Part shown: piece by piece, positions 1 through 8,326 of the stretch
How positions within the stretch are numbered: position 1 is the stretch's first letter
Layout: the number at the start of each line of letters is the position of its first letter
DNA from: Acutalibacteraceae bacterium
GTDB lineage: Bacteria; Bacillota; Clostridia; Oscillospirales; Acutalibacteraceae
Direction of reading: 5' to 3'
Assembly: GCA_045637065.1 (NCBI GenBank)
Contig: JAZTYQ010000010.1
Span: 1-61,827, forward strand
DNA: 61,827 nt
The notes under the pieces: model-generated
What the model was told of the DNA's origin: nothing
Seen by the model: only the letters and a program-made list of their open reading frames with translations
The model's database searches: none
Translations under genes and position numbers: made by a program

Positions 1-1116
1 GAACGACATGGCTACGATCCGACTTCGTGCAACACCTACGCCGTCAATCTTGCCTTCTGCAACAGCCTTTGCACCGACGTCGGGTTCCATACGGCCTGCG
101 CATACAACAGGAATGTCAACAAACTTTTTGATGTGAGCAACGTCTTCGAGGTTGCAGTTCTGAGGCATATACATGGGGGGATGAGCCCAGTACCATGAGT
201 CGTATGTACCGTTATCGGCATTGAGCATATCGTAGCCTGCATCCTGAAGGTACTTTGCAGCTCTTTCACTTTCAGCCATATTACGGCCTACTTCTTCATA
301 GTCTTCGCCGGGCATTGCGCCTTCGCGGAAGCCCTTCATCTTTGACTCAACTGAGTAACGAAGTGATACGGGATAGTCCTGACCGCAGCTTTCCTTGATT
401 GCCTTAACAACTTCAGCTGCAAAACGGTAGCGGTTTTCAAAGCTGCCGCCGTATTCGTCAGTACGCTTATTGAAAAATTCAATTGCAAACTGGTCAAGAA
501 GATAGCCTTCGTGTACGGCGTGAACTTCAACACCGTCAACGCCTGCTTCCTTACAGAGCTTGGCTGTCTTAGCAAATGCTTCAATGATTTCGTGAATCTG
601 CTCCTTTGTCATTTCGGGGCAGATAATGTCGGGAGCCCAACGTGCAGGCTGCGCACTGGGTGAAGCAAGCTCATGACTTGTGTCGATGATGGGCTTGATG
701 ATAGCACGTGTAATCTTGTTTTTGTGAAGAGGTCCGATAAGCTCGGTAATAGCCCATGAACGGCCCATACCTGCGGTGAGCTGAATGAAGAGCTTTGCGC
801 CTGTCTTATGGATTTCGTCCATAAACACCTTGAGATCCTCAAACATTTTGGGATTCTGCCAGAGCCATTTGCCCCAGGAGGTGTCACGAAGGGGTGCGAT
901 GCCGGGGATGATAAGACCTACGTTGTTTTGTGCGCGCTCGAGGAAGAGCTTTGCAGCTTCCTTATCAAAGCCGCAGCCTGTAAGCTCAAACCAGCCGAAA
1001 AGTGAAGTACCGCCCATAGGACACATAACAATACGGTTTTTGATTTCCACATTACCGATTTTCCAGGGGGTAAACAGCGCCTCGTACTTGGGGTCGAGTT
1101 TTTCCATGTTTGCCAT
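1..1116 (-). CDS. NADH:flavin oxidoreductase, Old Yellow Enzyme / 2-enoate reductase-like (3' end runs off the window)
   Basis: Absent from the ORF track because it is open-ended. The reverse frame is open from ATG at 1116-1114 (RBS AAAGGAGAT upstream) to position 1. The translation MANMEKLDPKYEALFTPWKIGNVEIKNRIVMCPMGG...VHAVHEGYLLDQFAIEFFNKRTDEYGGSFENRYRFAAEVVKAIKE carries OYE TIM-barrel signatures (HxGYLLxQF, NxRxDEYGGSxENR). Confidence 0.85.
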   Translation of the reverse strand, partial: MANMEKLDPKYEALFTPWKIGNVEIKNRIVMCPMGGTSLFGWFELTGCGFDKEAAKLFLERAQNNVGLIIPGIAPLRDTSWGKWLWQNPKMFEDLKVFMDEIHKTGAKLFIQLTAGMGRSWAITELIGPLHKNKITRAIIKPIIDTSHELASPSAQPARWAPDIICPEMTKEQIHEIIEAFAKTAKLCKEAGVDGVEVHAVHEGYLLDQFAIEFFNKRTDEYGGSFENRYRFAAEVVKAIKESCGQDYPVSLRYSVESKMKGFREGAMPGEDYEEVGRNMAESERAAKYLQDAGYDMLNADNGTYDSWYWAHPPMYMPQNCNLEDVAHIKKFVDIPVVCAGRMEPDVGAKAVAEGKIDGVGVARSRIVAMSF

Positions 1117-1255
1117 TGAAATATCTCCTTTTAAAATATTTTACCAATCCTTTTAGGGCACTCAATAAAGAAATTTTTATTGAAACCCAGATACTATAAT
1201 ATTAGCAGAAATTGCTCCTACTGTCAACAGAAATTTTGATGCGGGGATTTCGTCG

Positions 1256-1343
1256 GGCGGGCGGCTCCACAAAAATCACTGCGTGATTTTGACGCGACCT
1301 GCGGTCGCTTGCCGGACGCAGTCCGGCAGTGGAGCCGCCCGCC
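1256..1343. repeat. Cloverleaf-like palindromic intergenic element, copy 1 (family A)
   Basis: A 15-bp outer stem (ggcgggcggctccac 1256-1270 / gtggagccgcccgcc 1329-1343) encloses three triloop hairpins. These are aaaatcac-tgc-gtgatttt (1272-1290), gcgacc-tgc-ggtcgc (1294-1308) and gccggac-gca-gtccggc (1311-1327), joined by 1-3 nt linkers. Confidence 0.8.
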
Positions 1344-1511
1344 ACTTGCAGCGACCAACTGCAAGGCAAGCTCACACCATGCAAACTATATTCCCTTATA
1401 TTTCTTTCCGTAAGCATCCCGCCAAAAAAATGGAAAAATATTCTCTTTTCTCTTGCATTTACCTGCCTTAATGGTGTAAACTATAGGTTGAATGAGAAAG
1501 GATGTGACTAT

Positions 1512-1742
1512 ATGAAGAAAATCATTGCTGTTTCCGATATGCATTGCGGAAATTGCTCAAAGGCTGTTGCAAATGCGCTCTCAGCCGTTGAAGGCGTTTC
1601 AAAGGCAAAGGCTGACCACGAAAAAGGCATAGCCGTAGCCACAATGAAAGAGGATGTTGACGATAAACTTCTGATTGAAGCTATCGAAAACGCCGGATTT
1701 ACTCCCGGTGAGATAACAATAAAGGAAGGAATTTTCGGTTGA
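1512..1742 (+). CDS. copZ: Heavy-metal-associated (HMA) domain protein, CopZ-like copper chaperone
   Basis: 76-aa product MKKIIAVSDMHCGNCSKAVANALSAVEGV... with the MxCxxC metal-binding motif and a ferredoxin-like HMA pattern. The ORF-track start at 1329 lies in repeat DNA; the ATG at 1512 follows GAAAGGATG. Confidence 0.8.
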   Translation: MKKIIAVSDMHCGNCSKAVANALSAVEGVSKAKADHEKGIAVATMKEDVDDKLLIEAIENAGFTPGEITIKEGIFG

Positions 1743-1777
1743 TCCGATATCCGTAAATTCAAAAAGGAGATAAAAAA

Positions 1778-3307
1778 ATGGCGAAAGAAAAACAGAAAAA
1801 AGAAAAGCCCGTGAATGAGCATCCGAATAAAATCGGTGTCAAAGAAGCGGCAGGCTATACTATTGCCGAAGCTGGCAATATGTTTAACCTTACATACATT
1901 TCAAGCTATCTTAAGATTTTCATGACCGACGTGCTGAAAATTGCCCCGGCAAAGGCAGGTCTTATGTTTATCATCACCCGTCTGTGGGACTGCATTAACG
2001 ACCCTATCTGGGGTGCTATGGTTGCAAAGAAGCCTCCCGTTGCGGCAGGCAAGTTCAGACCTTATCTCAAGTGGGTTTCCGTACCTTTGGGTATTTCCAC
2101 AATTCTTTGCTTCCTTCCCTATGATAAGCTTACGTCAAACACCACAATATTGCTTATTATCTGCTATATAGCCTACATCTTCTATGGAATGATGTATACG
2201 GGTATGAATATCCCCTTTGGCTCACTTGCCAGCGTTATTACTGACGACCCCAACGGCAGAAACCTTCTTTCAACCTTCCGCAGCATCGGCTCGGGTATCG
2301 GCGGTGCAGTAGTTTCACTTATTGCTCCTATGGTTATTTACTCCACAAAGATGCAGCAGGGACCCGACGGAAATCTCACTGAGGTTATCGACCAGACAAC
2401 AGGCAAGGTTGTTGAAATTGCCGACGGCAACAAGATGTTCATCTTCGGTCTTATCATGGGCATCCTTTCAATCGTGTTCTACCTCTGGGGCTACAAGACC
2501 ACCAAGGAGAGAGTTCCCTCAGAGGCTGAGCCTCAGATGGACTTCAAGAAAACCTATATGGGTCTTCTCAAGTCAAGACCCTTCGTTACGGTTGCTCTTG
2601 CCGGCGTACTTATCAGCGGTCAGCTTCAGTTCAACTCCTTCAACGCATACCTTTATAAAAACTACTTCACCAACACCAGCCTTAGCATTTTAGGCACTGT
2701 CTGCAACTATCTGCCTATGGTTTGCCTGGTACTTTTCACTCCCAAGCTGTCAGCAAAATTCGGCAAGAAAGAGCTTTGCGGCAAGTTCTCAATTATAGCT
2801 GCAATCACTTCCGTTGTGCTTGCAATCTGTGCAAACAATCAGGGCATTATCGATAAGCTCAATCCCGAAACAGGCATATTCCCCGCATGGATGTTTATGG
2901 CTGCCCTTCTTCTCATCGGCTTCGGCTACACCTTCGTCAGCCTTACCTGCTGGGCAGTTGTTATGGACGTTATCGACTATCAGGAATATACAACAGGCAT
3001 CAGAAACGAAAGCGCAGTATATGCCGTTTACACCTTCTCACGCAAACTCGGTCAGACTATCGCCGACGGTGCAGGCCTTTTCCTTCTCCAGTGGGCAAAA
3101 TATGACAGTGAAACAGCAGGCAACGGCTTCATCACTGCCAACGGTACAAGTAAGAAGATCATGTTCATCTGCACAATTATTCCTGCAGTTGTTTACACAG
3201 GCGTATGGCTTCTTATGAGATTCGGCTATCCCCTCACCAAGGAAAGACTTGAACCCATATATGCCTTCATCCGCGAAAAGAGAGAAGCAGCTGCTGCAGA
3301 AGCGTAA
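1778..3307 (+). CDS. Glycoside-pentoside-hexuronide (GPH) family sugar:cation symporter (MFS superfamily)
   Basis: 509 aa with about 12 hydrophobic segments. The N-terminal pattern YLKIFMTDVLKIAPAKAGLMFIITRLWDCINDPIWG is typical of MelB/YicJ-type GPH transporters. RBS AAAAGGAGAT precedes the start. Confidence 0.8.
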   Translation: MAKEKQKKEKPVNEHPNKIGVKEAAGYTIAEAGNMFNLTYISSYLKIFMTDVLKIAPAKAGLMFIITRLWDCINDPIWGAMVAKKPPVAAGKFRPYLKWVSVPLGISTILCFLPYDKLTSNTTILLIICYIAYIFYGMMYTGMNIPFGSLASVITDDPNGRNLLSTFRSIGSGIGGAVVSLIAPMVIYSTKMQQGPDGNLTEVIDQTTGKVVEIADGNKMFIFGLIMGILSIVFYLWGYKTTKERVPSEAEPQMDFKKTYMGLLKSRPFVTVALAGVLISGQLQFNSFNAYLYKNYFTNTSLSILGTVCNYLPMVCLVLFTPKLSAKFGKKELCGKFSIIAAITSVVLAICANNQGIIDKLNPETGIFPAWMFMAALLLIGFGYTFVSLTCWAVVMDVIDYQEYTTGIRNESAVYAVYTFSRKLGQTIADGAGLFLLQWAKYDSETAGNGFITANGTSKKIMFICTIIPAVVYTGVWLLMRFGYPLTKERLEPIYAFIREKREAAAAEA

Positions 3308-3439
3308 AAATGCAAAGTTCAAAAGCTTCGCTCAGATTGTATCCACTTGAATTTTGCTGAAAAAATAAAGCGATATTCCGCCAAATGCCCTGCAGAGTTT
3401 TCTGTGGGGCTTTAAGTTTGTGCAAATGGCAGGCTGCGG

Positions 3440-4006
3440 CGCCCACTATAGCACAAACTAACTGCTTCGTCAGTGAAATCTCACCTCATCCGTCAGACCC
3501 ACCCGAGAGAACCGCTGATATAATCAGATGCAACACATAAACTTACCCGCTTCGGAAACTGCATACAGACGAAGGCGGGTAGTAGCTTTTTGAAAGGAAG
3601 AGAGCTGGTAACATCTGTATAGACGGAAAAAGCAAAGACTATTTCGCTTCGTAGTCTGGCAGTTGGAGGCGGACTGAGACTGCATTAAAAAAGCACAAGC
3701 TACGGAACAGTAAAAGAGCGCTTTTGCATACTTTTGTCGCTCTGGACAAAAGTATGAGCCTGAGCGGCTTGAGCGGAGACGAGATTAAATCATTTATCAA
3801 AACTAAATTTTAAAGATGTGACTTCTTTCTGGTTATAATTTATAAAACGCAACATCTCGAATTACTAACTCTGCAGAAAACAAATTAAAAGCGGTCGCAG
3901 TTTTCACCGCGACCACAATTTTGAATTTTTAATTTTTATTGCGCTCGCCGCGCGGGCATTCTTTTTCCTGACGCGGAAAAAGAATCAAAAACGCGTTGAT
4001 GTTTTA
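3440..4006. repeat. Composite intergenic repeat block (families B and C)
   Basis: 3461-3830 matches 61196-61400 over about 200 nt (aactaactg...aaacttacccgcttcg...cttcgtagtctggcagttggag.c.g.ctgagactgcattaaaaaagcacaagctacggaac...acttttgtcgc...gacaaaagtatgagcc), with an extra insertion of about 130 nt here. 3884-4006 matches 61452-61575 (aattaaaag.ggtcgcagttttcaccgcgacc...ctttttc..gaaaaagaa.caaaaacgcgt.gatgtttt). Confidence 0.85.
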
Positions 4007-7000
4007 TTAATTGCTCCGGGATAAAACCGTAATCATATCCTTCATTGCTTCAACAGGACTTCTGCCTTTAAGCCTGAAAACGATATAGGGTGTGGCTCCT
4101 GCAGCCTTGACCATGCCCTTGCCCGACATATTGGCGGCAATTGCTATTATCCTTTCAGGGGGAAGCTCGTTGAGATAAGCAATAATACTGTCTTTTTCCT
4201 GCTTGATTTCGTATATGCCAAGGTTTGCCGCATAAGCTCTCAGAAGTGCCACATCAACAAGCCCTTTGACGCTTGCAGGCGGATCACCGAAACGGTCAAT
4301 GAATTCGTCCATAACATCCATGGCATCCTCACCCGTTTCAATTGAGGCAATACGCTTATACATAAAGATTCGGTTTTTAACTGCGTCAATATAGTCTTCG
4401 GGAATATGAGCATCAACGCTAATGTCAATAACACATTCTCTTTTTTCCTTGACTTCTTCGCCCGTTCTCTCTTCTTCAATAGCCTCGCCTAAAAGCTGAA
4501 GGTACATATCGTAGCCTACCGCTTCCATATGGCCGTGCTGCTGTGCGCCTAAAATGTTACCTGCGCCTCTTATTTCAAGATCGCGCTGAGCAATTCTGAA
4601 GCCTGAGCCGAACTGTGTGAACTCTCTTATTGCCGCAAGTCTGCGCTGTGCAATTTCAGTCAGAGCCTTTCTGTCGTCATAGGTGAAATATGCGAAGGCT
4701 CGTCGCTGGCTTCTGCCCACTCTGCCTCTTATCTGATGAAGCTGTGCAAGACCCAGACGGTCTGCGTCTTCGATTATGAGGGTGTTTGCATTGGGTACGT
4801 CAACGCCCGTTTCTATTATTGTGGTACAAACGAGGATGTCAATTTCGTTTTCGAGGAGCTGTCTCCAGACCTCACTGAGCTCTTCCTCACTCATTTTGCC
4901 GTGGCCAACGCCGATTCTCGCATCGGGGAGGAATTCCTTAATCTTAGCCGCAGTTTTTTCGATAGTATCCACCTTGTTGTGCAGATAATAAACCTGACCG
5001 CCTCTGCGCAGCTCTCTTTCCATAGCCTCGGCGAGTACCGCCATATTGTGAGGCGTAACATAGGTCTGCACCGGATGCCTGCCCACGGGAGGAATTTCAA
5101 GAATTGACATATCCCTTATGCCTGCCATAGCCATATTAAGGGTACGCGGGATAGGTGTTGCCGAAAGGGTCAGCACGTCCACCAAGGGGAATTTTTCCTT
5201 GAGCTTTTCCTTTTGGGCTACACCGAAGCGTTGCTCTTCATCCACGATGAGAAGACCTAAATCTTTGAATTCCACATTTTTTGCAATAAGGGCGTGGGTA
5301 CCCACGATTATATCGATACTGCCCTGCTTGAGGCGTTTCTTTATCTTTGTGCGCTGAGCGGTTGTTCTGAAGCGTGAAATCATTTCAATTTCAATGGGGA
5401 AGCCGTCAAAGCGCTTTTTTATTGTTTGATAATGCTGAAAAGCCAGTATGGTTGTAGGCACAAGAATTGCACACTGCTTGCCGTCTGCTATGCACTTGAA
5501 GGCTGCCCTGAGAGCTACCTCAGTTTTGCCGAAACCCACATCACCGCAGAGAAGCCTGTCCATAGGTGCATATCTTTCCATATCCCGCTTTATTTCGTTT
5601 ACGGCTTCTATCTGGTCATCGGTTTCTTCAAACTCAAAGCGACGCTCGAAGTCATTTTGCATATCAATGTCAGGTGAAAATGCAAAGCCCGGTGTATTCA
5701 TTCTTGCAGAGTAAATCTTAGTCAGCTCTGCAGCCATATCCTTAACTGCTGCCTTAACCCTGCGCTGAGTTTTCTTCCACTCGTCTGAGCCAAGTCTGTT
5801 AAGCTTTACCGCCTTATCCGTGTCTTTAGGTGAGATATATTTGCTTATCAGGTCAAGCTGAGTTACGGGCAGATAAAGCACGTCGGTGCCGCGATAGTTA
5901 ATCTTGATAAAGTCCTTTATTGCCGTATCGACCTTCATGGTCTTTATGCCGTCAAATATTCCTATACCGTAAACGGCGTGAACAATATAGTCACCCTTTG
6001 ATATTTCTTCAAGAGAGGTTATACCCTTGCCCTGCTTAAATCTTTTCTTGGGCTTTGCCTGCACCGTACTCGTATTTTTGCCATAGGTGAAAAGTGTAAA
6101 TGAAAGGGAGTTATATTCAAAGCCTGAGCTGACAGTGCCGGCAATTACACTTACACTGCCCTTTGGGAATTCCCCGGGTACAACTGAGAAATAATGTGCC
6201 TTTATGCCCTCTGTTTCAAGGTCATAGGCAAGCTCTTTGGCACTCTTTTCCGTGCCTGCCATAACCACAACGGCATATTTACGCTTTATGAGAGGCTCAA
6301 TATCCTCGAGCAGATAGCTCAGGGTACCGTCCCAGCGGGAAAGCTGACCTGCCGTGACACTGACAAGCTCTTTGACGGGTACGTCGAAGGAGCCTCGGGT
6401 GAGATTGTCAACGAAAATTGCACCTTTTTTCTCATAAAGAGACAGAATTTCGTTCCACTCGAGAGCGTATCTGTCAAGACCCTTCGTCAGCACGCCGTCT
6501 TCAAACATAGTGCGCACATCCTCAAAAAGAAGCTGATGCGCCGAGGTAAACTTCTGCTTGACCGAGGCACTCTCACAGACGAAAACAAGTCCGTCACCGA
6601 GATAGTCAAAAACTGTGTGAAGCTCACTGTAAGCTAAATTAAGATATCTGTCGCTTGCGCTGACCGTCATATAGTGAGAGAGCTTTTCAATGTCTTCACC
6701 TATTGAAGCCTTCACCTTCACACTGCCCTTGCCCTTGACAGTTGTGACAAAGGCTTCGAGCTTTTCCTTCATAGCCTCAGCTGAATCAAAAAGCACTTCC
6801 ATTGAAGGTGTTATGCTGATAGTGTCAATAACGTCCGTTCTTCTCTGGGTTTCTATGTCAAAAAGGGAAATTGAATCTACTGTGTCGCCCCAGAATTCAA
6901 TTCTCACGGGCTGTGAATATGACGGAGGGAACACATCTAAAATACCGCCTCTTATGGAAAACTGCCCCGTACCGTCAACCTGGTCACTTCTTACGTACCC

Positions 7001-7474
7001 TGCCGAAAGCAAGGTGCGTATTATTTTATTCTGAGGCATATCCTCTCCGGTGACAAGTGTGAGGGTACGCTTTATGAGTTCATCCCTTGGCAGCGTCAGC
7101 TGCATAGCCGCCTCAACGGAGCAAAGCACATATCTGCACTCACCCGACAGCATTTTAGACAACACGCCAATTCGTCTTTGCTCAAACTCTCTTGACTGTG
7201 TGTCGGATGGTCTGAAATTATAGTCCCTTGCAGGATAGACCACTGCACCGCCTGAAAAAACATTAAGATCATCGCACATTTTGCTGGCAGTGCCTTCGTC
7301 GGGACAGATAATCAGGCTCATTCTGTCAAGCTCTTCACTCAGAGTCGATATATAGTGAGCCTTATGCACAGGCGTAAGACCTATTACGCCCATGGGTACT
7401 CTGCTACTCTTTACGGCGTGGAGAATACTGCCGTATTCTATGCTGTTTTTAAGAACTGATGAAAATGCTGACAT
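4007..7474 (-). CDS. mfd: Transcription-repair coupling factor
   Basis: 1155 aa. Contains a UvrB-homology N-terminus, a CarD/TRCF RNAP-interaction region (DYIVHAVYGIGIFDGI), SF2 helicase motifs (LLCGDVGFGKTEVALRAAF, LLIVDEEQRFGV, LTLSATPIPRTL) and a TRG motif (QLHQIRGRVGRS). Confidence 0.97.
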   Translation of the reverse strand: MSAFSSVLKNSIEYGSILHAVKSSRVPMGVIGLTPVHKAHYISTLSEELDRMSLIICPDEGTASKMCDDLNVFSGGAVVYPARDYNFRPSDTQSREFEQRRIGVLSKMLSGECRYVLCSVEAAMQLTLPRDELIKRTLTLVTGEDMPQNKIIRTLLSAGYVRSDQVDGTGQFSIRGGILDVFPPSYSQPVRIEFWGDTVDSISLFDIETQRRTDVIDTISITPSMEVLFDSAEAMKEKLEAFVTTVKGKGSVKVKASIGEDIEKLSHYMTVSASDRYLNLAYSELHTVFDYLGDGLVFVCESASVKQKFTSAHQLLFEDVRTMFEDGVLTKGLDRYALEWNEILSLYEKKGAIFVDNLTRGSFDVPVKELVSVTAGQLSRWDGTLSYLLEDIEPLIKRKYAVVVMAGTEKSAKELAYDLETEGIKAHYFSVVPGEFPKGSVSVIAGTVSSGFEYNSLSFTLFTYGKNTSTVQAKPKKRFKQGKGITSLEEISKGDYIVHAVYGIGIFDGIKTMKVDTAIKDFIKINYRGTDVLYLPVTQLDLISKYISPKDTDKAVKLNRLGSDEWKKTQRRVKAAVKDMAAELTKIYSARMNTPGFAFSPDIDMQNDFERRFEFEETDDQIEAVNEIKRDMERYAPMDRLLCGDVGFGKTEVALRAAFKCIADGKQCAILVPTTILAFQHYQTIKKRFDGFPIEIEMISRFRTTAQRTKIKKRLKQGSIDIIVGTHALIAKNVEFKDLGLLIVDEEQRFGVAQKEKLKEKFPLVDVLTLSATPIPRTLNMAMAGIRDMSILEIPPVGRHPVQTYVTPHNMAVLAEAMERELRRGGQVYYLHNKVDTIEKTAAKIKEFLPDARIGVGHGKMSEEELSEVWRQLLENEIDILVCTTIIETGVDVPNANTLIIEDADRLGLAQLHQIRGRVGRSQRRAFAYFTYDDRKALTEIAQRRLAAIREFTQFGSGFRIAQRDLEIRGAGNILGAQQHGHMEAVGYDMYLQLLGEAIEEERTGEEVKEKRECVIDISVDAHIPEDYIDAVKNRIFMYKRIASIETGEDAMDVMDEFIDRFGDPPASVKGLVDVALLRAYAANLGIYEIKQEKDSIIAYLNELPPERIIAIAANMSGKGMVKAAGATPYIVFRLKGRSPVEAMKDMITVLSRSN

Positions 7475-7496
7475 AGGTCACCTCCTGTGAAATTAT

Positions 7497-7692
7497 GAAT
7501 TCGTAATGCGGAATTGCGACCAACTAAGTAATAAAAGGGCAATTTATCTCCGCTGATTTTATTTGCGTAGACTTTTATTATATTATAAATCTTCTGCAAA
7601 ATAAATAGGTTTGAGTAATTTTTTATCTTTACTTTCTCTGTGGGATATAACTTCATATTTTATCACACTCACCCGCAATTCCGCATTCATAA
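7497..7692. repeat. Inverted-repeat-flanked (MITE-like) element directly upstream of mfd (family D ends)
   Basis: The left end ttatgaattcgtaatgcggaattgcg (about 7493-7518) and the right end cgcaattccgcattcataa (about 7675-7693) are inverted copies. The same motif (gaattatgaattcggaattgggaatgcggaattgcgag, reverse strand) occurs at 14841-14878. Confidence 0.55.
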
Positions 7693-7763
7693 AAAAAAGA
7701 AGAGCCACCTGTAGGCAGCTCCCCTATTTTAAAATTTCAAACTTTAAAACAACACACTGAAAA

Positions 7764-7847
7764 TTAGTCGATGATAGCGATGATGATTGCATAGAGCTTA
7801 TCGAAGAAAGCAACGATTTCTGCCCAGTTTTCCTTAATCCATTCCAT
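7764..7847 (-). CDS. Small ORF, 27-aa amphipathic peptide (MEWIKENWAEIVAFFDKLYAIIIAIID)
   Basis: Too short for the ORF track. A perfect RBS AAAGGAGGAAATAT lies before the ATG (7847-7845), a consensus sigma-A promoter lies upstream and a hairpin plus T-run downstream. A paralogue lies 280 bp away. Confidence 0.6.
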   Translation of the reverse strand: MEWIKENWAEIVAFFDKLYAIIIAIID

Positions 7848-7902
7848 TATATATTTCCTCCTTTAAAAATTAACTGCAGGGATGTTCCCTTAGTCTGATT
7901 CA

Positions 7903-7931
7903 ATTATATATCCTGCTTTATAGAATGTCAA
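7903..7931 (-). promoter_or_regulatory. Sigma-A-type promoter of the 27-aa sORF
   Basis: On the minus strand: TTGACA (7931-7926), 17 nt spacer, TATAAT (7908-7903), preceded by an A/T-rich tract (aaatgaattttttttgaattaac). The sequence is conserved with the second copy at 8200-8228. Confidence 0.65.
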
Positions 7932-8046
7932 TAGTTAATTCAAAAAAAATTCATTTTTGGAAATGATCCTCTGCTTCAAATTGAAAAGAGTCCACCCATT
8001 TCAGGTGGACTTTCATTTTAAAATTTTTAAACACGGGAACCGTTAA

Positions 8047-8148
8047 TTATTCAGCTTCGTTAGCAAGAATGAGCTCTTTGATTGCGAAATAGATCTTCTC
8101 GATGAGAGCCATAATGTCTTCCCAATACTTTTCAACAAATTCCTTCAT
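8047..8148 (-). CDS. Small ORF, 33-aa amphipathic peptide (MKEFVEKYWEDIMALIEKIYFAIKELILANEAE)
   Basis: RBS AAAGGAGGAAAAAACG lies before the ATG (8148-8146). It is a paralogue of the 27-aa sORF, sharing the W-(A/E)-(E/D)-I-x-A-x-x-(D/E)-K-(L/I)-Y-x-A-I pattern. A terminator hairpin agtccacc-tgaaatg-ggtggact lies downstream. Confidence 0.6.
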   Translation of the reverse strand: MKEFVEKYWEDIMALIEKIYFAIKELILANEAE

Positions 8149-8199
8149 CGTTTTTTCCTCCTTTAAAATTGCCTTGGGATAGTCCCTTCGGTTAACTTC

Positions 8200-8228
8200 A
8201 TTATACATCCTGCTTCAAACAATGTCAA
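8200..8228 (-). promoter_or_regulatory. Sigma-A-type promoter of the 33-aa sORF
   Basis: On the minus strand: TTGACA (8228-8223), 17 nt spacer, TATAAT (8205-8200). The upstream block aaatgaattttttttgaattaactattgaca is identical to the first copy. Confidence 0.65.
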
Positions 8229-8326
8229 TAGTTAATTCAAAAAAAATTCATTTTTCGAAAATCAGTCAGGGCAAAATAAAAAAATTTTGCCTTTTTTGAG
8301 AAAAAGTTTCCAAAAACCGGAAACTT

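Noticed and set aside
1329-1511. N-terminal extension of the CopZ-like ORF (track ORF 1329-1742), and ORFs 1202-1417 and 1283-1471.
   Set aside because: These lie in the family A palindromic repeat and have no RBS. The HMA domain begins at the ATG at 1512, which has its own RBS.
4240-7053. Numerous 60-150-aa ORFs antisense to or out of frame within mfd. The same occurs within infB (e.g. 58301-58822), nusA, the giant gene and the transporters.
   Set aside because: They are fully embedded in long, motif-rich genes on the other strand or frame, and they have no RBS or recognisable motifs. They are typical shadow ORFs.
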